Shown here one piece after another: positions 29,946 through 40,486 of a stretch of DNA of 64,000 bases. A program made the position numbers and the translations under genes. The stretch's first letter is position 1, and each line of letters begins with the position of its first letter. The notes beneath the pieces are model-generated. The model made no database searches. It was not told the DNA's origin and saw only the letters and a list, made by a program, of their open reading frames with translations. The DNA is from an uncultured archaeon (GTDB taxonomy: Archaea; Thermoproteota; Bathyarchaeia; Bathyarchaeales; Bathycorpusculaceae), in NCBI GenBank assembly GCA_963782915.1, contig CAWALK010000023.1:32001-96000 (forward strand). The letters run 5' to 3'.

Positions 29946-31244
29946 GCGAATCCAAATCCAAAACGCTTTTTGAGCGAGCCAAAAAGACTTTGCCCGGCGG
30001 AGTAAACAGCCCCGTCCGAGCCTTTGAACCCTACCCCTTCTTCGTCCAATCCGCTTCAGGCTCCAAAATGGTGGATGCCGACGGCAAAGCCTACGTTGAC
30101 TATTGCATGGCGTATGGCGCAATGCTTTTGGGTCACGCAAACCCGGAAGTCCTCGACGCAGTAAAAGCGCAACTATCTAAGGGCACACTCTATGGTGTTC
30201 CAACAGAGCTTGAGGTGCAATTCGCCGAATCAATCAGCAAGGTTTCGCCTTGCATGGAAATGATGCGGCTAGTCAGCACGGGCACGGAAGCTACAATGCA
30301 TGCCATCCGAGCAGCAAGAGGCTATACTGGACGCAAAAAAATCATTAAATTTGACGGTTGCTTCCACGGCAGCCACGACAACGTCCTAGTCAAAGCTGGG
30401 TCGGGTGCAGCAACCTTCGGTGTGCCAAACTCGTTGGGTATCCCAGAAGAAACAACTCGGAACACGATCGTGTTACCCTACAATGATGTAGAAGCGCTCG
30501 AGACAACCTTCAAGAATGAAGGCAGCGACATAGCCGCAGTCATCGTTGAACCCGTCATGGGAAACGTGGGCTTAATTTTACCCAAAAAAGACTACCTCAA
30601 TCAGCTAAGGAAAATTACTGCGGCAAACGGCACCGTACTCATTTTCGACGAAATCATCACAGGCTTCCGCCTCGCATTGGGTGGAGCACAGGAATACTTC
30701 AACGTCAAACCCGACATGGCTACATTGGGCAAAGTGCTCGGCGGCGGTTTCCCGTTGGCAGCGTTTGGGGGCAAAAAAGAAATCATGCAAAACATCAGCC
30801 CCGTCGGCAAGGTTTACCAAGCGGGCACATTCAGCGGCAACCCAGTATCCGCTACAGCCGGCATGGCAATAATCAATTACCTCAGCAAGAACCGCAGCCA
30901 AATTTATCCTAAACTCGAAAAGAACACCTCTGAACTCAAAAAAGCCTTAATCGACCTATCCGCACCAATACAAGCTGCCCGCACAAGTCTACAGCATAGC
31001 CTCACTCTACCAAATCTTCTTCACCAACGAGCAAGTAACCGATTACGCCTGCGCCAAACATAGCGACGCAGCCATGTTCAGTGCCTACTTCCAAACTCTG
31101 CTCAAAGAAGGCGTCTTTATTCCACCATCCCAGTACGAAACCTGCTTCCTATCAAACGCGCATAGCCCAGACGACCTCAAATTCACTATAAACGCATTCG
31201 ACAAAGCCCTCGCGGCAGCGGCAAAAACGAGGAAACCCCAATGA
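29942..31244 (+). CDS. hemL: Glutamate-1-semialdehyde 2,1-aminomutase (frameshift near 30965)
   Basis: [32 protein letters not shown]; C-terminus [13 protein letters not shown] in another frame, stop overlaps hemC ATG. Confidence 0.95.
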
Positions 31245-32177
31245 AGTTAACCGTCGGCACACGAGGCAGCAAACTACGCTCTCGCTCAAACTAACCGCAC
31301 GTTGGATTGGATAAAAGCCAAAAATCCCTCTGTAGATTTCGAGCTGAAAGTTATCCATACCATCGGCGACAAGGAACACGGCAAACCCCTGTTTAGCATT
31401 GATTGCAAGGGGATTTTCGAGAAAGAAATCGACCAAGAAGTCGTCAGCGGTCAAATCGATTTTGCGGTTCATAGCTTAAAAGATGTGCCCATAGTGGAGC
31501 AGCAAACAGGCACCGTGTTGGCGTCGATTCCCAAACGGGATTCTCCTTGCGATGTATTTATCTCTAAAAATAGGGTCAAACTAACAGAACTTCCTAAGGG
31601 CGCTGTGGTGGGAACAGGCAGCCTCCGCAGACTCGCCGAAATCAAGTATATTCGCCCCGACTTAGAGGTTGAGCCCATCCGCGGCAATATTGACACACGC
31701 ATCGGCAAAGTCACAAAAGGAGAAATCGCAGGCATCATCCTCGCCGAAGCAGGCTTGGAACGCATGGATATAACCGGCGAAATGACTGAGCGCCTCTCAC
31801 TCGAGGAGTTCCCGTCAGCAGCGGGGCAAGGCGCAATTGCAATAGTCGCCAAAGAAGGCAACAGTGAAGTCATAAAAATTCTGCAATCCGTCGAGGATAA
31901 GGCGACCCGTGCTGAAATCACCGCCGAACGCAGCCTCGTCCTGAAACTTGAAGGCGGTTGCCGTGTACCCATCGGCGCAGTCGCACAGGCAAACCAAAAC
32001 AGCCTCACACTTTTTGGCAGCATATTCTCACTCAACGACCGCAAAAAAATCAGTGCCCAAGCCAAAGGCACACTATCCCAAGCCCAAGAACTAGGCACCC
32101 AAGTGGGCGAAGACCTAATCAAGCAGGGTGCACACGAATTCGAGAAAGAGTGGAGAGAAAAATATGGCGTATGGTAA
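31241..32177 (+). CDS. hemC: Hydroxymethylbilane synthase (frameshift near 31277)
   Basis: [12 protein letters not shown]; AVHSLKD, GSLRR, IRGNIDTR, EGGCRVPIG. Confidence 0.95.
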
Positions 32178-32919
32178 AGTCTATCTTGTCGGCGCAGGCC
32201 CCGGCGACCCACAGCTACTCACGATTAAAGCTGTTAAGGCATTAAAAGACGCAGACGTAGTCATCTATGACCGATTGGGCGTTAGTGAAGAGGTTCTGTG
32301 TTTAGCGCCTGATGGTGCTGAGAGGATTTTTGTTGGCAAACGCACGGGACTCCACGAGGTACCCCAAGACCAAATCACAAACATTATCATAGAGAAGGCT
32401 AAGCAGGGCGGTAAAATTGTCCGACTCAAAGGCGGCGACCCATTCATTTTCGGACGGGGCGGCGAAGAAGCCGAGGCACTGGTTGCGGAAGGCATAGAAT
32501 TCGAAATTATTCCCGGAATCAGCTCTTCTGTTTCCGCTCCAATGTACGCGGGCATACCGTTAACGCATCGGGACTATGCAGCTTCAGTCGCAATTATCAC
32601 TGGCCACCGTGCAGGCGATGCTGAGAAACCCGTGGATTGGGTAAAAATCGCCAATGCCGTAGACACAATAGTCATCTTGATGGGTGTGGAATCACTCGAA
32701 GGCATCGTCGGCAAACTCTTAGCAGGCGGCATAAGCCCCGAAAAACCCGTTGCCATGGTTGAATCAGGCACACTCCCACAACAACGCACCCTAATCTCCA
32801 CCTTAGGCACCGTAGTTAAAGAAGCGGCTGAGAAACAAATCAAACCCCCCTCAGTCATAGTCATAGGCGAAGTCGCCAATTTGGGCAGGAAACTGGCATG
32901 GTTCAAAAAACCCCTCTAA
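32164..32919 (+). CDS. cobA: Uroporphyrinogen-III C-methyltransferase
   Basis: LVGAGPGDP, RLKGGDPFIFGRGGEE, GIPLTHR. Confidence 0.96.
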   Translation: MAYGKVYLVGAGPGDPQLLTIKAVKALKDADVVIYDRLGVSEEVLCLAPDGAERIFVGKRTGLHEVPQDQITNIIIEKAKQGGKIVRLKGGDPFIFGRGGEEAEALVAEGIEFEIIPGISSSVSAPMYAGIPLTHRDYAASVAIITGHRAGDAEKPVDWVKIANAVDTIVILMGVESLEGIVGKLLAGGISPEKPVAMVESGTLPQQRTLISTLGTVVKEAAEKQIKPPSVIVIGEVANLGRKLAWFKKPL

Positions 32920-33722
32920 AGGGCCGAGTCGTAGCCATCACCCGCCCCACAGGCCAAGCCGAAGAAGCAGGGGTGCTCATAACTGCGAAGGGCGGGGTAC
33001 CCTACTATATCCCAGCCATAGAGATCAAAGGCTTAAGCAACCCTGAACCCATGAAAAAATTCATCTCTGAACTATCTCTGGGCAAAGTGAATTATGTCAT
33101 TTTAATGAGCACCAACGGCGTAAAGTACCTCTTTAGTGCAGCCGACGAAATCAAGCAGACCAAACAACTGCATGAGGGACTCAAAAAATCCTTCGTCATA
33201 GCCGTCGGCCCCAAAACAGCCGAAGCCATGAAAGAATACAACATACGCGTTGACATGGTGCCCCAAAAATACAGCAGCGACGGTCTCCTCGAAGCCCTCC
33301 AAGGCATGGACATCAAGGGCAAAAAGATCCGTATCCCACGAACCAGCAACGCCACCCCAACATTGACCAATCAACTGCGCGAAATGGGCGCTAACGTAGA
33401 GGAAATCTATGTTTACGAATCAGGCCTACCTGTCGATGAAGCGTTAAAAACCAAATTCTACAGTGACCTAACAAGCGGGCACATAAACGCATTATTATTC
33501 GGTAGCGGATTGAGCGCCAAAAACATATTCAAAATGCTTACCGAAAAAGCATCCATGGAGCAATTGCGAAAAGTGTTGGCTGAGAAAGTCACCGTCGTTG
33601 CCATCGGACCCACAACCGCAGAAGCCCTCTGCGAACTCAACGTAAAAGTCGATGTAGTCCCAGAGGATTACCTATTCGACAGCGCACTTGACGCCCTCGC
33701 CGATTACTGGGCTAAGTGCTAA
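32898..33722 (+). CDS. hemD: Uroporphyrinogen-III synthase
   Basis: ITRP, STNGV, AVGPKTA, AIGPTTA. Confidence 0.92.
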   Translation: MVQKTPLKGRVVAITRPTGQAEEAGVLITAKGGVPYYIPAIEIKGLSNPEPMKKFISELSLGKVNYVILMSTNGVKYLFSAADEIKQTKQLHEGLKKSFVIAVGPKTAEAMKEYNIRVDMVPQKYSSDGLLEALQGMDIKGKKIRIPRTSNATPTLTNQLREMGANVEEIYVYESGLPVDEALKTKFYSDLTSGHINALLFGSGLSAKNIFKMLTEKASMEQLRKVLAEKVTVVAIGPTTAEALCELNVKVDVVPEDYLFDSALDALADYWAKC

Positions 33723-34984
33723 TCGGTTTTTATTTCAATGTTAATGTAGTGGATTATGGGTATCGCAAGCACCGCTATCGCAGCTGCAACCCCAAAACCC
33801 ACCGCGAAGCCAAACGTGCCGATTAGGAAGCCGCCGATAAGCGACCCCAAAACATTCGCCAACGACACAACCGCCAAAAGCTCCCCCTGCGTGGTGCCTT
33901 TCTTGTTGAACTGCGCCTGCGAAATAGCAAAACACATAATCGGATACCAAACCAGCGCGTAGCAGATGAGGAAAAGAATTTCAAGTATTAAGGGGAAAAT
34001 AAATGCGTAACCGCTGCGGAAAGTTAAGAATACCGTTAAGCCTGCCCATGTCAGAATCAGCAGTGAACGCGTAGCCATCATGGTGCTCACCAGCTTCTGA
34101 TACTCCATTTTGACTCTGGGCACTATGTTTGAGAAGGAAATTACTGTAGCGACGTTTTCTGCGACGTTGATGGATAAGATGACGCTGGCAGAGAGGCCTA
34201 TTGCACTCATGAAGGGCACTTCGCCCACGCCATAAGTGTACACGCCTGTCCAGTGAACGAGGCATGCGAGGAATAGCAGATGTATGGGTTTGAGGCGTCG
34301 GAGCCGTTTTGGGATTTTTAGTTTTCGGGGGTCAAAATAATCCAGCACCGACATAGCCGTGGGTTGTTCCTCATCCTGCACGTTGAGGATGGGATACGCC
34401 TCGCGTTCAAGCGGCAACTGGGGTTCCTTGGCTGTACGCCACAAAATCAACGCTGAAACCACACAAAACGACGACGCAATAAAGAGCACCCAACTCAGCG
34501 GAATTACAAGCGTTATGAGGCTGTTTACAACTAGCCCAGCGATCACGCCTGCGTTGAAGTAGGAATTGTATTTGACGATTTCGCGCTGCCAGTTTTTGCC
34601 TTCGCGGTATTCGACCGCGTACATGGCTGCGACAGGCTGAATGCCCGCAGTGAAAATTGCCAATATGGTGTAGAGCAAAATAAGCTGCCAAACCGAACCC
34701 GCCAGCCCCAGAAGCACAAACATCGGAGCACACGCCAAAAAGAAAACCAACAAAAAACGCACCCGCAACCCAAAATAATCCGAGAGCCTACCCCAAACAA
34801 TCGACATTACAATAGTGGCTGAAGCGTTCGCAGCGATGATGATGCCGATGTCAACAAGCGTTGCCCCCAACGATAGGGCAGCCAGCGTGATTACGACTTT
34901 TATGGAGCCAATTGCCATGTTGATGGGAACCAAAGAAAAATACCACACAGACGGGCTTCTGGCAAATCGGCGGATAAAACTCAT
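33719..34984 (-). CDS. MFS transporter
   Basis: About 12 TM helices, WGRLSDYFG motif A. Confidence 0.88.
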   Translation of the reverse strand: MSFIRRFARSPSVWYFSLVPINMAIGSIKVVITLAALSLGATLVDIGIIIAANASATIVMSIVWGRLSDYFGLRVRFLLVFFLACAPMFVLLGLAGSVWQLILLYTILAIFTAGIQPVAAMYAVEYREGKNWQREIVKYNSYFNAGVIAGLVVNSLITLVIPLSWVLFIASSFCVVSALILWRTAKEPQLPLEREAYPILNVQDEEQPTAMSVLDYFDPRKLKIPKRLRRLKPIHLLFLACLVHWTGVYTYGVGEVPFMSAIGLSASVILSINVAENVATVISFSNIVPRVKMEYQKLVSTMMATRSLLILTWAGLTVFLTFRSGYAFIFPLILEILFLICYALVWYPIMCFAISQAQFNKKGTTQGELLAVVSLANVLGSLIGGFLIGTFGFAVGFGVAAAIAVLAIPIIHYINIEIKTD

Positions 34985-35142
34985 AGAATCTCATGAGCCA
35001 AAAATGCAAATGGCTCAATTAATACCATGTTTTTGAAGCTTAATTTCTCTTATCTATCCCTGTTGCTGTGTAGATACAGCCACTTACGTTTAAGACACCT
35101 AATCGATAACCACCATTTGAAGCAGTCTCTGTTTTTTAGGAG

Positions 35143-35358
35143 GTGGATTTTATGGAAGCAACAGACAAAAGTGGAAAAGTCAAATTGACTATGGAATTAG
35201 AAATCAACGAACCAGCAATGGCCCTAATCAAAGAAAACATGGCGAATATGATGGATATGGCTTCTCAATGGCGTGCCAATATGGGTCAAGGCGGCAAAGG
35301 CAAGATGGGCGAAGGCGGACACGGCATGGGCACAATGATGCACCATGGCCAAGAATAA
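35143..35358 (+). CDS. Small protein with Met/Gly/His-rich tail
   Basis: Strong AGGAGGTG RBS; KSGKVKLTMELEINE shared with 5860-6018. Confidence 0.75.
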   Translation: MDFMEATDKSGKVKLTMELEINEPAMALIKENMANMMDMASQWRANMGQGGKGKMGEGGHGMGTMMHHGQE

Positions 35359-35362
35359 CCCC

Positions 35363-36127
35363 CTAAAGGGTGAAAGCTGGCTCCCCAGCTACAGAGGCAA
35401 TGATTGCTTCTGCTTTTTCTTCCTGTTCTTTTGTACCCGAAACTGCTAACCAAACTGCGCCTTCTGCACCGTTTACGCCGCCAGCAGCGATCAATATAGC
35501 CTCGACGCCGCAGAGGAGTTTGAGGGCTTCGATTTCTGTGAATACTTCGCCTGGAAGCGGCAAAAAGCGGTATCCTTCGGCGCCTGGTTCATTTATTTTT
35601 TGGGCTATGGCGTTTAAGTCGCCGTTTATGCGTTTTTCTAAGCCTACAGCGACGAATAATTTTACTCTGCGTCCGAAGACTGCGGGTAGGGATAAGCCTG
35701 CTGTGCCTGCCTTTGGATGACCGATCAATAGAGCAGCCTGCTTACGCTCTAAACCTAGTGCGTTTGCACCTTTGACTATGACATCGCCTTCTTTTAGTGA
35801 ATCTACGATGTCGCCGATGGTTTTGCCCTTTTGCCATTCACCTTTAACGACGACTACATCGCCTGGGAATTGGGTTTCGTCTGAGAGTCGCCCTTCCTTG
35901 GTTACGGGTTTGTTGGGTGGCATTGTTAAGCCGCGGAAGAAGCGTTCGCGGGAAAAACCGCTGATGCCCATGCTGCGACAGATTTCTTCGGCTAAGTAAC
36001 CGTTTGTGGTTCCTGCTATGAGTACGAGTGTGCCGTTTTTGGCGGCGCTTTGGATTTGGGGGTGCCTGGCTAGGGCTTTTGCTATTAGGCGTTTGCCTGA
36101 TGAAGGTGTTAGGAGGAATTGTTTCAA
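35363..36127 (-). CDS. Hypothetical protein (possible NagB/RpiA/CoA-transferase-like fold)
   Basis: GKRLIAK, GTTNGY, KGANAL, VGLEK, AAGG.GAEG look like conserved motifs. Confidence 0.75.
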   Translation of the reverse strand: MKQFLLTPSSGKRLIAKALARHPQIQSAAKNGTLVLIAGTTNGYLAEEICRSMGISGFSRERFFRGLTMPPNKPVTKEGRLSDETQFPGDVVVVKGEWQKGKTIGDIVDSLKEGDVIVKGANALGLERKQAALLIGHPKAGTAGLSLPAVFGRRVKLFVAVGLEKRINGDLNAIAQKINEPGAEGYRFLPLPGEVFTEIEALKLLCGVEAILIAAGGVNGAEGAVWLAVSGTKEQEEKAEAIIASVAGEPAFTL

Positions 36128-36724
36128 GGGCTTGTCTCCTTGACTTTGTATTTCGGTTGTAGATTATAAGATTTGTGACTTTGTATTGTATTGAGCCGTC
36201 GATGGCCTATAGAGAATATGTTGGGCACCTCTAAGAGCAGCTTTGCTTTCTTAAATTGCAAGGAGCTGAAAAATAGTATGTGTAATTTAACAACAGGAGT
36301 TTATCGTCAAGAAATAAGCACCCCTAAACTTGCGGGGAAAGTTGCTATCTCAAAAGAACGTGTCTGTGCTTGTTTTCTTCTCCAAGAAAATACAATTTCA
36401 GCAGAGGTTTCTGTGAATGTATAAAACTATAGTTATAGATTGCCAAAATATTGCTGCTGATTTCTTTTGCGGTGGTTGTATCGCTTATCGGAACTGCGAA
36501 ATATCAAAACAGAACCTTCACAGCGGCTCTGTAGAGGCGCAAAAAACAATTAAATCATAGATTGAACGCGTATTGCTTAAAAAAGCGGACGCAAGCGACA
36601 ACTACTACAAACACAAAAAGAAACAACTATTCAGCATTACCAGCGAAATTTGGAGCTTGAAAAAATAATAAAAAATAAAAAAGATTTTATTCTTAACTAA
36701 TTGGAAAGATGATTAAGCTTACGC

Positions 36725-36868
36725 TTAGTATCTTCTTGGTGGACGTCTTTTTGCGTAGCACTCGCGGCAATATACTGGTCTTGTGCCGTCTGGTTTGAAA
36801 GGAACATCGCATTCTTTTCCACAGTCAGCGCAAGTTGCCTTGTGCATTTCTCGGTTACCGTATGACAT
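36725..36868 (-). CDS. CxxC-x17-CxxC zinc-ribbon microprotein (47 aa)
   Basis: Not in ORF track; MSYGNREMHKATCADCGKECDVPFKPDGTRPVYCRECYAKRRPPRRY; AGGAG RBS upstream. Confidence 0.92.
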   Translation of the reverse strand: MSYGNREMHKATCADCGKECDVPFKPDGTRPVYCRECYAKRRPPRRY

Positions 36869-37173
36869 ATTTGCTGTTTCAACTCCTACTATATTCGATT
36901 GTGTGCAAAATTTACTTTTGCACGTACACCATAGTCTTATTCGCGGCTTATAAATGGCGTGCCTTATAACTCAATATTAGACATGAAAATAGCCAAACTA
37001 GCGCTAACACGCTAACCCCCGATACATTCGGACAACAAATAGTCAAACTAATATACTTAAAACACCCATATAGGTGAATAAATCGGATATACCGTCCGAA
37101 TATTGGAGAAAAAGTCAAAAAATGGCAGCCGTGGGCTTAGCTTTTTCTCGGACCCAATACAAGTGAGTGCACT

Positions 37174-37818
37174 TTGAGACAGAAAAAATCGACCTTGGGC
37201 GAACATCTCGCTCTCCTATCAGTCAAATACAGTGTCTACCCAAACGAAGTTTTCCAAGCACTAGTAATAGCCCGCAAAAACGATCGTGCCACCTGCGGTA
37301 ACCTCTCAATCGAATACCGCGGCAAACTAAAAGGCGAAACAATCTTTCTAATAACCAAAGACAACGACGTAGTTGCACAATTCCGCGTCGAAGAAGAATT
37401 TCTGCTGCGAAAAGACAACCCATTCGAAAGCTGGATGAGCACGGACAAGATTAAAAAGAAAATTGCAAAACAAAATACTGACTCCGTTTATATCCAAATT
37501 AAAGACCTCAGAGCAGGTATGAAACGGGTTAATCTTAAAGCGGAAGTTCAAGAGATCCCCAAACCAGCGCAGGTCCATACTCAATTCGGCAACACAGTGA
37601 TGGTAGTTAACGCTTTAGTCGGTGACGAAACAGGCAAAGTTAAGCTCTGCCTTTGGGAAGGGCAAATCGGCCAAATTAACGTGGGCGACCAAATTGAACT
37701 CAGGAATGGGCAAGTCTGCGTTTTCCGAGGCGAAAAACAGCTGAGACTGGGCAAGAATGGCTCGTTAACTGTGTTGAAACGGGCTGAGGTTAAACCGCAA
37801 ATCGCAACAATAGGCTAA
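37174..37818 (+). CDS. OB-fold ssDNA-binding (RPA/SSB-like) domain with unknown N-terminal domain
   Basis: IKDLRAGMKRVNL, VGDETGKVKLCLW, QLRLGKNG. Confidence 0.82.
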   Translation: MRQKKSTLGEHLALLSVKYSVYPNEVFQALVIARKNDRATCGNLSIEYRGKLKGETIFLITKDNDVVAQFRVEEEFLLRKDNPFESWMSTDKIKKKIAKQNTDSVYIQIKDLRAGMKRVNLKAEVQEIPKPAQVHTQFGNTVMVVNALVGDETGKVKLCLWEGQIGQINVGDQIELRNGQVCVFRGEKQLRLGKNGSLTVLKRAEVKPQIATIG

Positions 37819-37849
37819 TCAAAATAACTATCCCTTTTACAACACATTT

Positions 37850-37902
37850 CTTGACTAACTCTTTCAGTCTAGGTCAAGATTCCTATACAAAAAATCTTAA
37901 AT
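37850..37902 (+). repeat. Array junction element copy 1 (CTTGAC-N17-GTCAAG-attCCTATACAA-TATA)
   Basis: Same arms and CTATACAA tail as copies 2, 3 and 5, longer spacer. Confidence 0.65.
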
Positions 37903-37935
37903 TACCCAATACTTCGCTTTTAATTAGGTGCTAAT

Positions 37936-39324
37936 ATGCGCAAGCTTGTTTATGCCTCATTTTCTGCGGTCCTACTTCTGGCGTATTTAATGTCAGTGGG
38001 TTCTGCCTCTACCGTTTTTACTCCAGTTAGCGGCTTACTCACATCTGACACAACTTGGAGTCTAGCAAACAGTCCCTACCAATTAACAGGACCAGTCGGC
38101 GTAGCCAGTGGAGTAACATTAACTATCCAGCCCGGCGTAACCGTTGATCTGGCAAGTTTAGATATTCAAATAAATGGAACCCTAATCGCCAGAGGAACCA
38201 GCGACCAAAAAATCACTTTCAATAGCAACAGCCAAGACGCCGATATCGGTATAGCGGCAAACAGCACAAGCTGGGATGAATTAACCGGCACAGGATGCAT
38301 AATTCGAAACGCCATCATCAACGCTAATTTGGGCATCGGAAAAGTAGCGCCCAAAATCGACAGCAACACCATCACTGGACACTACCTGCTAACTTCGGGG
38401 TCCCCAATCATCTCTAACAACATTATCAACGAAGAAATTCATGTTTTAGACGGAACACCCCTCATAACCGGTAACACTATAAACAGTTTTATCGTTGGGA
38501 GCTGCAAGGGGCCAGTGACAATATCAAACAACATTATTACTGGTCACTTCGGTGATGCAATTAACGGTGCAGGCATCAGTTGCAGTGCAAACAACATCAT
38601 TACAGGTAATACTATCACCCACTTCAAGAAAGGCATCGTTTTGTTCTGTGGAAACAGCACAATAGAACGAAATGTAATCGTAGACAATACCCTCGGAATA
38701 CAGTTGGGACTATCCGGCTCAGGCACCAACGGCGTCTTCCAAGTAACCATCCGAAACAACCTGATAACCGATAACTCCAAGGGAATAAGCCTCACCGACC
38801 TATCGCAGACCCTCGCTGCGGGTGGCAGCATAGCCTTCACAATAAAAAACAACAATATCCAAGGCAACCGCGACTACGACATCTACTTGGGAATCAACAC
38901 ACCGATAAATGCCTCTTATAATTGGTGGGGTACAGCTGACCAGCAAGCCATAAACCAGACAATCTACGATGTCAAAAACAACTACAATCTCGGCACTGTA
39001 ACCTTCACTCCATACTTGACTGAACTTGATCCAGTTACACCCATCTATAATGGGCAGACACAAACCACTACCCCAACCGCAAGTACAACACCGGTGCCGA
39101 TCATTACCGAAACAGAGAACCCCACTGAGCCGCCGGCCACAACAACTCAAGACCCAGCCACGACGAATCCAACCCAGCATCCGGAGCAGCAGCCAATCAC
39201 CCAAAACAATCAGCAACTCACGCTAGGCTGGTCAGAAGTTGCAGTACTCATTGTATGCGTTGTTGTTGGGACTTTAACTGTGGCGCTGATATTACTCCGC
39301 CGAAAGCACATAACACAACAATAA
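37936..39324 (+). CDS. Right-handed beta-helix surface protein with C-terminal TM anchor
   Basis: Signal peptide, SDTTW..SPY, I.GN.I repeats, NWWGT, Thr/Pro linker, TM plus RRKH. Confidence 0.88.
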   Translation: MRKLVYASFSAVLLLAYLMSVGSASTVFTPVSGLLTSDTTWSLANSPYQLTGPVGVASGVTLTIQPGVTVDLASLDIQINGTLIARGTSDQKITFNSNSQDADIGIAANSTSWDELTGTGCIIRNAIINANLGIGKVAPKIDSNTITGHYLLTSGSPIISNNIINEEIHVLDGTPLITGNTINSFIVGSCKGPVTISNNIITGHFGDAINGAGISCSANNIITGNTITHFKKGIVLFCGNSTIERNVIVDNTLGIQLGLSGSGTNGVFQVTIRNNLITDNSKGISLTDLSQTLAAGGSIAFTIKNNNIQGNRDYDIYLGINTPINASYNWWGTADQQAINQTIYDVKNNYNLGTVTFTPYLTELDPVTPIYNGQTQTTTPTASTTPVPIITETENPTEPPATTTQDPATTNPTQHPEQQPITQNNQQLTLGWSEVAVLIVCVVVGTLTVALILLRRKHITQQ

Positions 39325-39396
39325 TGAGAACTATCCACACTAAGTGGTGGCACACTCTGAGTAAATACCAGTTGCAACGTTTGTTTGTTTAGAATC

Positions 39397-39440
39397 CTTG
39401 ACAAGCCTTAGTCAAGAAACCTATACAAGAACGCTTTAAT
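39397..39440 (+). repeat. Array junction element copy 2
   Basis: CTTGAC aagcctta GTCAAG aaacctatacaagaacgctttaat. Confidence 0.8.
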
Positions 39441-39464
39441 GCTCAGCTTAATTTAGTATGAATT

Positions 39465-40364
39465 ATGAACTCGCTAAGAAAGTGTATTTCATTAGTGCTT
39501 ATTCTAACTATGGTAACTTCAAGCTTATTCTTCAGCGAATTAACGGTTGCGGCATCTAAACCTTCCACGCCTCAGGTTACAATCAAATTTGTCAATGCAA
39601 CCTATCCCCTACCTACAACGGACCCATACACTGGACAAACAAGCACAATCTTGGGCGGAAATTATTCCATTGAAGTTACAATAAAGAACCAAGCCACAAG
39701 CGATTCAAATAGCAAAATTTACTACAATATCCGTTTAAAACCCTACTTTGATAATAACTCTTGGGCTGAACTTTATGGTGTATTGTATTACGTAAGTGAA
39801 AATAATGGGGACAGCACTTTCGATTATGCCTATTTCATAAACTCATATGCCCCCGCTCAATCAACATCAAGCGTTACAAAGATTATTATCCCTCTGGAAG
39901 AAACAACCGTTTATGGAAAAACAGGCACCAGCTATTATATACCGACGTATTATAATTACACTAGCCTTGTCCCTGAAGGCGGACAAGTTGATTTTCAGGT
40001 ACAAGCATTAACAGGACATGCAACTCAGAGGTGGGTTTCCAGAAGCCCATTTACCACCACTGTTGGCGGATATAATGTGGATGCAGTGGCGTTTGACGCT
40101 GCAAGCGATTGGAGCAGTACCCAAACAATAACAATCGCTGATGGCTCCGATTCAACTTATACACCCCCCGAAGACGTGACAACTTTAACCCCAATAATAA
40201 CTTCAACGCCAACTGTAACTAACACAAACTTGAATCCATCCGATTTAATTACGTTACCTTTGAGTATCTTTATCGCAATCATAATAGTGGTTGTGCTGCT
40301 TACAGTTACTCTATCAGTATTGCTTTTTAGAAGGCATCGAAAAACCATTAACTTGAGCAAATAG
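39465..40364 (+). CDS. Secreted anchored protein, array family member 1
   Basis: Signal peptide, KPSTP..T, DPYTG, IKNQ, YYNIR.K, VDFQVQA, SDWSSTQTITI, TM plus RHRK. Confidence 0.85.
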   Translation: MNSLRKCISLVLILTMVTSSLFFSELTVAASKPSTPQVTIKFVNATYPLPTTDPYTGQTSTILGGNYSIEVTIKNQATSDSNSKIYYNIRLKPYFDNNSWAELYGVLYYVSENNGDSTFDYAYFINSYAPAQSTSSVTKIIIPLEETTVYGKTGTSYYIPTYYNYTSLVPEGGQVDFQVQALTGHATQRWVSRSPFTTTVGGYNVDAVAFDAASDWSSTQTITIADGSDSTYTPPEDVTTLTPIITSTPTVTNTNLNPSDLITLPLSIFIAIIIVVVLLTVTLSVLLFRRHRKTINLSK

Positions 40365-40461
40365 ACCTTTTCCCACGCTTGGGTGTACTCGCCCTCTCTA
40401 CCTATGGGTCAAGAAATATTGACTTGGCTTAGTTCAATATTCTATACAAGAACGCTTTTAT
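40332..40461 (+). repeat. Array junction element copy 3 (gene 3' end to next TATA)
   Basis: aggcatcgaaaaac...aaatagaccttttccc...gggtgtac...GTCAAG aaat ATTGAC ttggctta GTTCAAT attctatacaagaacgcttttat. Confidence 0.8.
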
Positions 40462-40486
40462 CGCCTCTATAACGCTAATACTAAAC

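Noticed and set aside
17524-32177. Programmed ribosomal frameshifting in cbi/hem genes
   Set aside because: No consistent slippery motif or direction; pyk and unrelated genes are affected too, favouring sequencing error.
31469-32212. 247-aa antisense ORF (and similar shadows across the cbi/hem cluster)
   Set aside because: Fully overlaps well-supported genes on the opposite strand; no motifs.
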